The notes under the pieces are model-generated. The model had not been told where the DNA came from and made no database searches. It saw nothing but the letters and a program-made list of their open reading frames with translations. The translations under genes and the position numbers were made by a program. From Antedon mediterranea (lineage: Eukaryota; Animalia; Echinodermata): a stretch of DNA of 64,000 bases. Position 1 is the stretch's first letter. The number at the start of each line of letters is the position of its first letter. Shown here in pieces: positions 53,473-64,000 of the stretch. The DNA is taken from contig NC_092670.1 of assembly GCF_964355755.1 (NCBI RefSeq), positions 17,532,795 to 17,596,794 of the forward strand, read 5' to 3'.

Positions 53473-53855
53473 AAATGTCATTATGAAAATTATGTTTACG
53501 CGAATGCCGTCTGTAACGGAAATTGCGTATTATAAACTCTAGTACTAATAGACTAACAGTGCCAATAGACTGCCAAGTACTTTGGACCAATAGCTGTCAG
53601 TTCTTACAAGATAATATTTTTATCCAATATTTGTTTTATCCATATGGTGCAATACTGTTAATATTACGCCAACTATCATGGTTCGTTGAGAATATTTATT
53701 ATTCGTATTATTTATTTAATTTATTCATTCCATTCAATTTAATATGCTTTAGTGACATATAACTAAACACAGTTTTCAAATCTAGATGTTTTAATTTTAA
53801 CTATTAAAAATATAACATTGCTGTTTGCATTCAAAGGGTGCCTTATATAGTTGTA

Positions 53856-53861
53856 AATAAA
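53856..53861 (+). terminator. Candidate polyadenylation signal of Ptf1a
   Basis: AATAAA ~385 nt after the stop, following an AU-rich 3' UTR with ATTTA motifs at ~53693-53725. Confidence 0.5.
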
Positions 53862-54034
53862 ATATAATATATTTTCTATAAATTTACGATACAGATTTTT
53901 GTTTAAGAAAGTGTTAGCTTAATGGATTTAAGAGCCATGAACAAGGTTGTGGGTTGGGTAGCTGTCGTATGCGATACACACTGTCATGGTGGGGGGTGGG
54001 GGTACTCTCTAGGACGCGACGTCATGCTTCATGC

Positions 54035-54200
54035 ATAAGGTTTATCGCAAATAGCTTGCACAATGCATGATGGGATGGGTTTGGGAGCAAACATCACGAC
54101 GCGTACGTGCAAACAACAAATCACGTACGTACGTGTTGTGACGTTTGCTCCCAAATCCTTCCCATCATGCATCGCACACGCTATTTGCGATAAACCTTAT
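54035..54200. mobile_element. Fold-back (hairpin) MITE
   Basis: ataaggtttatcgcaaatagc...atgcatgatggga...tttgggagcaaac...cgtacgtg mirrored along its whole length by cacgtacg...gtttgctcccaaa...tcccatcatgcat...gctatttgcgataaaccttat. Confidence 0.8.
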
Positions 54201-54361
54201 TGACAATAGGTGATAAATAATAATAATTCATGATGTTTCAATCGCCTAACTAAATAAATTATAGGACATTATTGTAAAGGGGATTCGAGATCAGGTCTAT
54301 TACTCTGATATTGCAGTAATTTCTTTATGAGCAAACCAATGTGGTACGATCTCGTGTTTAA

Positions 54362-54545
54362 AGGGTCTTTCACACGTCCTGTTCCGGCACGGTTCCGGTC
54401 CGGCGCCGGCAAATCCAATCGAACGTCAATGTTTTGTTTACGCGCATATCGATTGGCGCATAGCCGCGTAGAGTATCGTGAAAACGAAATATTGGCGTTC
54501 GATTCGCCGGACCGGAACCGTGCCGGAACAGGTGTGAAAGACCCT
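54362..54545. mobile_element. GC-rich, apparently young MITE with long TIRs
   Basis: agggtctttcacacgtcctgttccggcacggttccggtccggcg mirrored by cgccggaccggaaccgtgccggaacaggtgtgaaagaccct; TAA/TTA flanks. Confidence 0.85.
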
Positions 54546-56120
54546 TTACTCCTATGTACCATGACGTCACCACATTATGTTTTATAGACTTTCAGATATC
54601 CCACCTAAGAGGAACGTACTAATATAATGGGTACATTTTTTTAACTGTATTGTTTTGCTGACTTTTACGTTTATTATTTTTAATGAACAATATCGAACTC
54701 CTGTATTTAAGAAATCAGGGTATTCGAGGGCCAAGGACAATCATTGCAATTTGTAGATTTTTTTAGATATATTATTGTTTCTTCATTATGAGATTTTTAT
54801 TTGTTTTAAATTATATTTTAAAAAAAAATGTTTCTGGTATTAATAATGTTACCATAACATTTAAAACTGCTCAAAACATTCCAATTTTAATTTACTGTAT
54901 ATAATTACAATTTTTAAAAGCTATATTGTGAAGTAATGTCCATACGATGTCATTACGTCATCTTGAAATGACGTAATATTCAAATGATGTCATTACATCA
55001 TCATATAATCACACAATAACATTTTTTATATAAAGAGTTAAGATAATTTAAATACAATAAAAATTAAATTGAAATGAAATATTAAATATGAGAATATCTT
55101 TGTTTTTATGTTATTGTACTTGTTCAAAGCACCCGATACACAGATCTCACAACTTTTTTTCATTGACAACAATTTTAAAACTTTAACCGTGTCTCGGTAT
55201 ATTGTATCTTCAAATTGTCCACAAGGTGTATTTAACTTAACCAATTCGTTAATACAGAGTTATTGGATGCGTATGAAAAAAAAATGAACCCACATGGAAC
55301 GTGTCTTGATACTGAGCAAATTGTAGATCAAACGCTCTCTGATGTGCTGTATCATGCCTACATAATATCGTCAATAAACATCTTGTGTCCATGTCTGCTA
55401 ACGAAAACAGCCCCATAGCACATAATATACGGTAATCCCCTGATTATACTACACTATACTAATACTGTACTAATTTACTACCAAGGCAATTTATTGCTTT
55501 GCTACTACAGTATCACACATGGGATGGAGATTTCTGTCAGAAGACTCGATACTGCATATGTGAATTTGTTTATTGTCGCTATAACAGACATGATACCGCC
55601 TATGTATCTGGTATACACTGACTCACTCGGAACAACTGTTTCTTTATCCGGTATTTATTTCATTGTATTAATGGTATTATGTTATTAATATAGACTTTAA
55701 ACGCAGCGTGAATATCATTTGCATTTTATTTCGTTTTATAGCTATATACACATGTAAACTACAGGTGAAAAAGAATCGATCAATTTTATAGTGATATTTC
55801 GCGTGAATATTAATTTAACCAAAGAACTGAGAGACTTGTTGTAGCATAAAATTACAGAAAAAAAAGACAACTATGAAACGAAAAAACAAGTGAGTTCCAA
55901 ATATATTCTCACTTAAATATGGGATTGGATGGGTTGCCAACTTGTTCGTTATGCATACTTACTTAAATTTAACTGACACCCTCAACTATATCGTATATCA
56001 AGTCATGGCTTAATAATAAACATTACCATATCATGTATTACGTTAATAGCCGTCTAATATTTGAAAGACATTTGGGATTTGTTCCTCTCCCACTCGATTC
56101 CACGAGATATTATTTACAAT

Positions 56121-56320
56121 AGATTCTATGGCCCAGACGACGACCAACGACAAAATATAATTAGTTTAGATGTTTGTATGTAGGCCTATGCCTTTTAAAA
56201 AAGATTCTATAAGGACCAGACGACAATATTACGTTACCTTATAATTAGTTTAGATGTTTGTATGTAGGCCTATGCCTTTTAAAAAAGATTCTATATAAGG
56301 TCCAAGCGACCAAAGACAAT
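56121..56320. repeat. ~80-bp tandem duplication
   Basis: tataattagtttagatgtttgtatgtaggcctatgccttttaaaaaagattctata occurs twice. Confidence 0.8.
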
Positions 56321-57758
56321 AAACCTACGTCCAGGGTAGACGAAAATGGAAAGCTCCCTATTAATAACCATTATTTAAAAAGGTACCGTATTGTCCTGAA
56401 ATGATGATTCTTGGATGTAGACCTATATGCCATTTTTTTAAAGATTAATTGAAAAAAAAAAAATTAAAACAAAAAACAATATCAACCCGTCAGCTGTGTC
56501 GTTTCCATGACTTTTATTACGGGTATAAAACCTTTCCTATTTTTAATTTAATATTCAATCTATCGTATACGTTTGTTTTGCATACTCGTAAAATACACCA
56601 CAATAAACATTGTAAGGCGTTATTGAATTATTGTGAAAAAAATACCCAGCTTTGTCCACTTTCTTTGCGTTTCAATTCTCTTTGGCCTATAATAGTTCTT
56701 TTCTTACTTGGCGATAGAAGACATATTTCACATGCTGACGGGACTGATGTAGTAGTGGACCCAGAAGAGGATGAAACAGTGTTTACGACGACAATATATA
56801 CATGTGTACCAAATGAAGTATATACAGATAACCTCTCATTTAGGACGCCTATTCAGGGATCACTTCCATTAACATGAGTTCTATTGTGCTAATTAGGAGT
56901 GAAAAAGTGGACACGACGATTATGAAGAGATATGCCTCCGCCGCCTCATTGCGAATTTTAGTACTACTTGCCTCTCGCTCGCCTTAAAGCCTACAAATAA
57001 AGTGTCTCTCCTACGTTCAAAGATGCTCGTTAATTAAAGTGTGTTAATTGACTTGTTTCTACGACGTAATGGCTGATTTCATTTTACAGTAATTTAACCA
57101 GCAGTAAATAATCAATTAGCTGGTGTAATATCAAGCAATCTTCAACTCGTTACTGGGGTAACCATGACGTTTAAATATGAAACAGGTGTCTACGTCAAGA
57201 AATTTTCCCGCGTAGTGTATAACCAAGGAACATGCAACAACAATGATATAAAAACTATATAAAATATTGCTGAATTTGAATAACTGTTATCTTGTTTTAT
57301 CGCTATGTAGGAATTAATTCAATTGTTCTGGCACGAGGCATGGTGATAGTGAATACAGCGATAATGGAGAACAAATAAAGGTCGTACGATAGGTAGATCG
57401 GACAAGATAAAACAAGAATATTACCGCAATTATACATACTCGCTCGTTAGAATAATACGGACTTATAATACAAATTACTAAAATGGTTTTAAAAACAATT
57501 AAGATAGATTACTTGTCTTTTAGGATTAGTTCAGTTTAGGCTTAGTTATTTAGTTGGATTCATGGAAAAATTAATCGCTTTGCAAACTTTGGTCGGTCAC
57601 CAACATACTCAGGTATAACTACGGTATGAAAGCGCCCTTAGTCTTTATAGCTTAGAGTATAATGTTAAAGCTTCTGCTTTTATATTTTTCTGTGTAAAAT
57701 GTTATTTTCGAATTATTATCACTTACCACTTTTACCCTAAGACAGAAGGAGAGAAAAA

Positions 57759-58011
57759 AGCTTAGTTTCCACGGGACATACGCGCACAAAAGTATTTTGA
57801 CCAATCATAAGACAGTTGATAATATATGTCACTTTTGATCAAAGTTTAAATGCGTTGCATGCACTTCGTCCTTGCGTTGCTTCAAGCTTGGTTTTCCACT
57901 AAGAGGACGTAAGCACGCACGCGAGTTGACCATTAACAAAGCGACAATTATTATTATTATAATCTATTGCTTGTGATCAACTTAGTTGCGTTGCGCCACA
58001 AGAACCATGCT
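57759..58011. mobile_element. Two adjacent degenerate copies of the same Harbinger-type MITE family
   Basis: agcttagtttccac...ttgaccaatc...gtccttgcgttgc, then agcttggttttccactaag...ttgcgttgcg...gaaccatgct. Confidence 0.55.
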
Positions 58012-59613
58012 TAAAGCGAGGTTCCTACTAGAATATTTTGAACGCCGTTTCGTTCACCCCTACAATCACCTCTACAAGAAGGATTCAAAATAAAATACGT
58101 TCGTATAACTAAGAACCAGTAAGATCATCATATAATTATTTACCTAAAAGTATGTGTATAGGCCTACTCAAATAAATGTTGTAGTTAAAAACGTGTACAT
58201 TTTTGTTTGATAATGTGTTACACAATACGACATACACCTGTTATAAATCGATTCCGTTTACGTAATAGGCTTATGTGTCATAGGGGGCGTCGTTCAAACT
58301 TATGACGTGGTAAGTTCTTAGTATTATGACGTAACTCCATAAGTCATGCAAACAATCTTTAAACAATATTCAATAATTATATTACTTAATGTATTGTAAT
58401 GTATAAGTAAGGCTTTACTGCTTTAATTTAACATAAAACAGCTATTGATACGAATACGTAGACACAGGAACGATTTTATTATTTGTTAATGAGGGGAAGG
58501 GGTAATTGTTGAGGGAGAAAAGTGATATGGATTCAAAACCACCACCACACCCCCTCCCCACCCTTTGTATATCGGGACATGTTTGCCATTAACATACCTC
58601 GACCCCATTTTCTCCTAAATTTAAAGCAGAAAGAGAATGTTACCATTAATTTTATCCCGGACACGTCATCCTTTACTTCAAAATCCTAAATCCGCACTAG
58701 ATTACACTATTTGCTATGTTGGGTTCTAACTGGAAAACTGCAATAGCCATCAGCACATGCAGTGATATTAATATCTCACAGGTACCAGAAATGTATCATA
58801 AATATGATTGACAGTTTTTGTTCCCACCAAACATTCAAATAAATCTCAAGTGGTCGCATATCAGTAGTCTCAATGAGTGGTCCACAATTAAACCAAATGC
58901 ACCAAAAATAGGTAACAATAACTAATCTAAAAGCACTTCAACAAACTTGAGCTATTACTGGCCTTTCAGACGGCTACTTAATATTTGAAGTAATAATATC
59001 CACAATACATATACTGATAACGCCTGAATATTGCACCGAGTGGTGACGTCAGTCAAACGCGCATTGGACACGCACGGAGAAGAATATATCAAAAAGTAGA
59101 GTTTGTTCAACAAAATGTGCGGTATAATTGGGATAATTATTATAGGTTTATAGATTGAGAAATAGATCGGAAATATTGAATCAATTACCATTTGTTGACG
59201 AATTGCTTTTCATAGTTTAGTTCAGCTGTGTTTAATTAACAAAATAATCACAATCCTAATTAATTAATATTAGAAATTATTATATAAAAAAGTACCGATG
59301 AACAAATGATAATACCAAACGGTCAAATTATTTGAGGCCTGTCATCACAAAAGCCGCGCTTAGTCGCAACCCTCACTGTCGAGACAAGCCTTGAAGTTCA
59401 CAACTTGAAAAAAAAAAACAAGACCTATCCATGTTTCAAGTCGAAAATCACGATTCAGTAACCGACGGATGGTAAGTATAGACAATGACGTCATAGAACC
59501 CACTGTCGGGAAAAATTACTCGTGACACCCCTATTTATGGGAAACTTTCCAAAGGGAAATATATATTGTTAACACTACAAGCCAAGCTATATTCAGGGGA
59601 ACACCCGTATTAA

Positions 59614-59882
59614 AGATTTTCCCCAAAAAACATGAAAGATGGGTTCGTAAAATAATACTTTGGATAGGCCATTTTTCAGATAACTGCTGTAGGAAACCCA
59701 ACAAAACAATGATTTTACTTATAAAAAAACAAAATATATGTTTTTAACAAAAATCCTCCGACAGACCATTTCAGTTTTTTTCAGATAAATAAATTTGTTT
59801 CCGATCTTATTTTTGTTAAAAAAGTAAAGTAAATAACTATTATGTGACATTAAAATTATTTTTTCAGGGGGACAATATTTCT
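59614..59882. mobile_element. TTAA-flanked Kolobok-like non-autonomous element
   Basis: TTAA|agattttcccc...aacatgaaa...gataggccattt...tatgtgacattaaaat...gggggacaatatttct|TTAA. Related copies at 4079-4229, ~7640-7800 and 47593-47875; right ends at ~41945 and ~50415. Confidence 0.55.
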
Positions 59883-60659
59883 TTAATTTAAGGTAGGCTT
59901 ACTTCATCAAGGCTTCTATGAGTGGATGACGAGTTGGGAGCAGGAACGCTAGTAGACCAAACCCAGTACCGTTTTGATTACGATCATGCGAGAAATTACC
60001 TCACGACACAAATAGAAAAGTATATAGGCCTACTGTATACTTATTTATATTCTTTTTTTTCTAGACATGCTTGTTAATTTGATTTTTTTTATGTTTTGTA
60101 TTGTTATTGTATTTTAGTTATTTGCATTTTGTTTACGATCGATTTGTTTGTTTTTTTGTTGGTACACCTGAAAAGTTAAGTGCATGTTCAGTATATCATT
60201 CTTTCATTTGACGTAAAACGTCATATTTACCAGATAGATTATATAGACACCTTAACATTATGCTTGATTTTATGTCAAATTAGTAACGGCATGTTATATA
60301 TGTGTCTATGTACCATACATGAATAATGTGTCGAAACAGATGATCACACTCACAGTTAACAGAGCTATATTTAGAATGATAAGGTGAGTAGTACATATTG
60401 AACAAAAACGTATTCATACTGTTCTTAACTCATAAGAACTAGAAAACGTGTTTGTGATTGGAGCAAAAACAAAAACAACGTGAACAGCAATTGCGAAAAA
60501 ATGAGCGCATTGAAAAAATCAACATCTTTAAAATGTTAATTTTAATTTAGTTTATATAAGTTTATAGTCGATAGAAAGTATTGACTATGCTATAAGTCAC
60601 TTATTGATTTTTTTTTTTTTAAAGACACGTCATCAACAACCCACTGAGACGACCTGGTT

Positions 60660-60725
60660 CTGTACGAGTTTAACGCGCTGTACGAGTTTAACGCGCTGTG
60701 CGAGTTTAACGCGCTGTACGAGTTT
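60660..60725. repeat. 18-bp tandem repeat (CTGTACGAGTTTAACGCG) x3.5
   Basis: Read directly from the sequence. Confidence 0.85.
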
Positions 60726-63496
60726 CACATCGATGGTTAGAACTGACACTTTCGTCTTATTTTAGTTTATACAGCATTTTGCTAGGGTCTGGTTGCGCAT
60801 GAGCTCAGTTTGTGCGCTGACTAAATGTATAGCAGTTTGTACAACAATTATTCCTATGTTCACAATGTATGCACTTAAGTTTTACAAGAGATAATAATAT
60901 ATATAGGGGCCTGCCTCCTTTTGTTTTATTATTACAGATTTTCGACTGGGTACAAACGTGAAAATAACGAACTTGTTTTCACTTTTCCACATTCATGCTT
61001 TAGTAGCTCTAATACTTAATAGGCCTGATTAATGACTTCTTAATAGAGACATTTAAATCAATTATTTTCTTGTTAATGTGATCTCCTTAAAGATGCAAAG
61101 GTAATTAAATACAGTTTAATCACCAATACATTCATTAAATGTAATTATGAGAATTATCTCATGGTGGAACTCACTTCAAGTTTTAAGAGGTTTAGCTTCT
61201 AACGCCTCGCCCGGCTTATAACCAACGCACGTGATGAGGAGGCCCACGCGCGGGCTATAGACAGAAATAGAAGATGATTAGAATATAAGCAATGGTTTAG
61301 CAAGATTATAGCCTAAACTTTCTGCTTGTCGCGTGCACCTGGAAGCATAACCAGGCCTAACGACGCCTAAACCATTCACCTGTCGTCTAGAAGATGTGTG
61401 GTGGAAGCGCTAAAGGAGTCGGAGGACGGGTAGAACTTGGATAGTGACACTTGTCGCTAAACTGTTCATTGTTTTGAGAAAAGACAGGCATGTGGACGGA
61501 GTCCAGTAAGCGATGATTGTAAGCAATACTCAATTATCTCAACCAATGATATAAGCTAGGAACAAACAATAACTATGCTTAGAAAGCTTTGTTCAGAATC
61601 AGAAAGATTTCTATTCGTTTCTGATTGGTTAATATGCAAAACCGGCTGGGCGGACAGACTTATCCAATACTCTTTGTCTAGCAAATAAGGCCACCATTTT
61701 TCAACTTTAACTTATGAAATCACCTGCTGTTATTGCTAAATTAATTGCCAAGTCAACTGGTCGGAATTTTTTTTGGTGCTTCAACCTCGTTCAACGATAA
61801 TAGGACCCTGATTTGTTCATCGTCTAACCCAACGCGCCTATTTTACTAACCACAGTGTATTTGACATGGGCCATGTTCTTTCTACGTCATCAGTTGTTGT
61901 ATAGAACACAAAGACCTGAGAGAGAGAGTGAATCAATTATCTTACAATCAGCAGATGTCTATAACAATTAGGCAAACAGAACCAGTATACTAAAAGCAAC
62001 TTGAACGAGATGATCATCATCTTATAGAAGTTGACGAGTGTACACGACATGTGCTAAACTCCTTGAGAATAGCACCACAATGAGTTAATGTTAGCCTATC
62101 AGGAACTACATCTAACACTAACATATGTGTATACAGTACACAATCAAGAGTGTGTACAGTTGGCTATATGAACGGCGACAATAAAAGCGCTTTAATGACG
62201 TTGCTATAAAAACGACCATAAATCGTCACCGCCTCGTTTCAGTTGTATCTACGACTATAATATACATATTTATTGTATTTATAGTGAATTTATATACGTA
62301 TGTACTAGGTTACTAATTATTATGCATAAAGGTGTATTTTCTGTATTGAAAAAAATTGTTTTTAGTAAAAAAAAATCGTTTATTCTGAAAATAATCAGAA
62401 TTTTTTTTCCAAATCTTAATAATGAATTGTAGAAAACTATTTATAATGTTATACATATAGTTATTAGTTACTTTTACCACATATAGGACCTATAAATCCA
62501 AAACCGTTTACCCCGTTTCGTTTAAACACTCCGAAAACACTTTTTAACAACTTTTAAAATAGTTTTACAAAACTTTTTCCAAGTAAAGAAAGTTTTCGCG
62601 CATGCGCTTGTAATTAACCAATCAAGCATGACAATTCTTAACAATAAAGTAGAATGAAAGAGGGAGACATCTAGCTATGTAACATAGCAATGCACAGTCT
62701 TATGTCAATCGGGTGTCGGCGGGAAAAGTACCGTCTGTTTGACGTTGAATTTACTCTATACCCAGCTGTGAAACAGGACGTGTGCCTAAAAATATAATTA
62801 TTTTTTTTAGAAATTAAAGCAAAATATTACAATAATCAATTATTGTTGTATTATGATTACAGGAATTAAAGGTCCAAATAAGGCAATACCAATGCATCTT
62901 ATTCTTCGAAATGACTTAGAAATGTTGCTTATTGTCAAGAGAGACTTAAGTAAACAGACAAGTAAAATAAATTCATTTAAAATAATCTTATTTAAAATTA
63001 ATTAAATTCGAATGTTCTTACGGTTAATCATGAACTTTTATTTCATACTATACCGGCACTTGTATTATTTCATTATTCATTAAAACGATGACTTACGCGT
63101 AAGACCTCAATGATGCGCTCTTCTATTCGGCTCTAATTATTATAAATTAAGTTAAATGCAATTATCAATACTTTAATAGAATTAATCGAAAACTGCAGCA
63201 TCATCAGAACAACAAAACACAACTGTAAAATATGAAAAAGAAAATATTATCGGGAACACAAGGCCATTATGCCGTATTGGTTGGTATAATCATGGAGTAA
63301 AGAAACTCCATGGTATAATATTAAATTATAGTTGCCCCTTAATAGACACAGTGTTTTTCTGAAATGAAAACTTACGTTTGAAATATATTTGAGATTGAGT
63401 TATATTGTGAGAATTTTAACTGAAGTCAGTTAATCTCCTTAGTTATAATTAATTCATTGTTTTGGATATTGATATTGACTGTTCACGAACACACAA

Positions 63497-63579
63497 ACGC
63501 AACCAACACACAGTGTAGAGTAGATATTTCACAATAACGCAACCAACACACAGTGTGTAGAGTAGATATTTCACAATAA
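63497..63579. repeat. ~40-bp tandem duplication
   Basis: acgcaaccaacacacagtgt(gt)agagtagatatttcacaata twice. Confidence 0.8.
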
Positions 63580-64000
63580 TACCACTGATGATTTTTAATG
63601 TCACATATCATTGAGGAAAACAATTTAGAAAACAAATATAGACTTACTTAATCGAGAAGAATGACTAATAATATGTTGATTTTGTCGCGCGTTGAGGTTG
63701 TAAAATGGTAAGGATGGAAAAAGACCTTTAGGGTTACGTACCAGCTGATCGAGGCACGTCAAATTGAATAGCGACCGGAAACAAGGTTGGATTTAAATTT
63801 AGACACAAACCATACGACGCAATGTGATGATTATATCACTCGGAGAATTGAACGACCAATTGTCACACGTGACTCTAGTACAATTTGACACGGTATTAAC
63901 ACACCGTGAATACAGGTGTTTTTATTGCAATAGGTCTAGCGTATATCATCGGTAGAGTACGAATAAAATAAAAAGATATTGAAAAAGTAATTTACATTAT

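Noticed and set aside
54269-54587. Overlapping ORFs on both strands
   Set aside because: A consequence of a GC-rich palindromic MITE.

Overview
AT-rich animal genomic DNA, probably an invertebrate deuterostome such as an echinoderm (taxon is inference). It is not prokaryotic, so most ORFs in the track are spurious. The one securely identified gene is a two-exon Ptf1a (pancreas transcription factor 1a, bHLH) at 51858-52239 + 53231-53472, with its TATA box, poly(A) signal and both RBPJ/Su(H)-binding motifs. The left ~35 kb looks like the intron-rich 5' end of an unidentified minus-strand gene with several alternative first exons. The rest is transposon-derived: a 5'-truncated CR1-group LINE nested in a MITE, a Mutator-like element with a 9-bp TSD and a decayed PHD+FLYWCH transposase, pogo/Tc1-, Harbinger- and Kolobok-type MITEs, a 5S-headed Deu/Nin-domain SINE, a Helentron-type HINE, a Penelope-type minimal hammerhead remnant ~1 kb upstream of Ptf1a, and several tandem repeats. 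I found no convincing wholly new biological system. The best leads are the multi-promoter gene, the hammerhead remnant, the 5S-Deu SINE, a candidate PTF1 autoregulatory site and an apparent CpG boundary near 33-35 kb.
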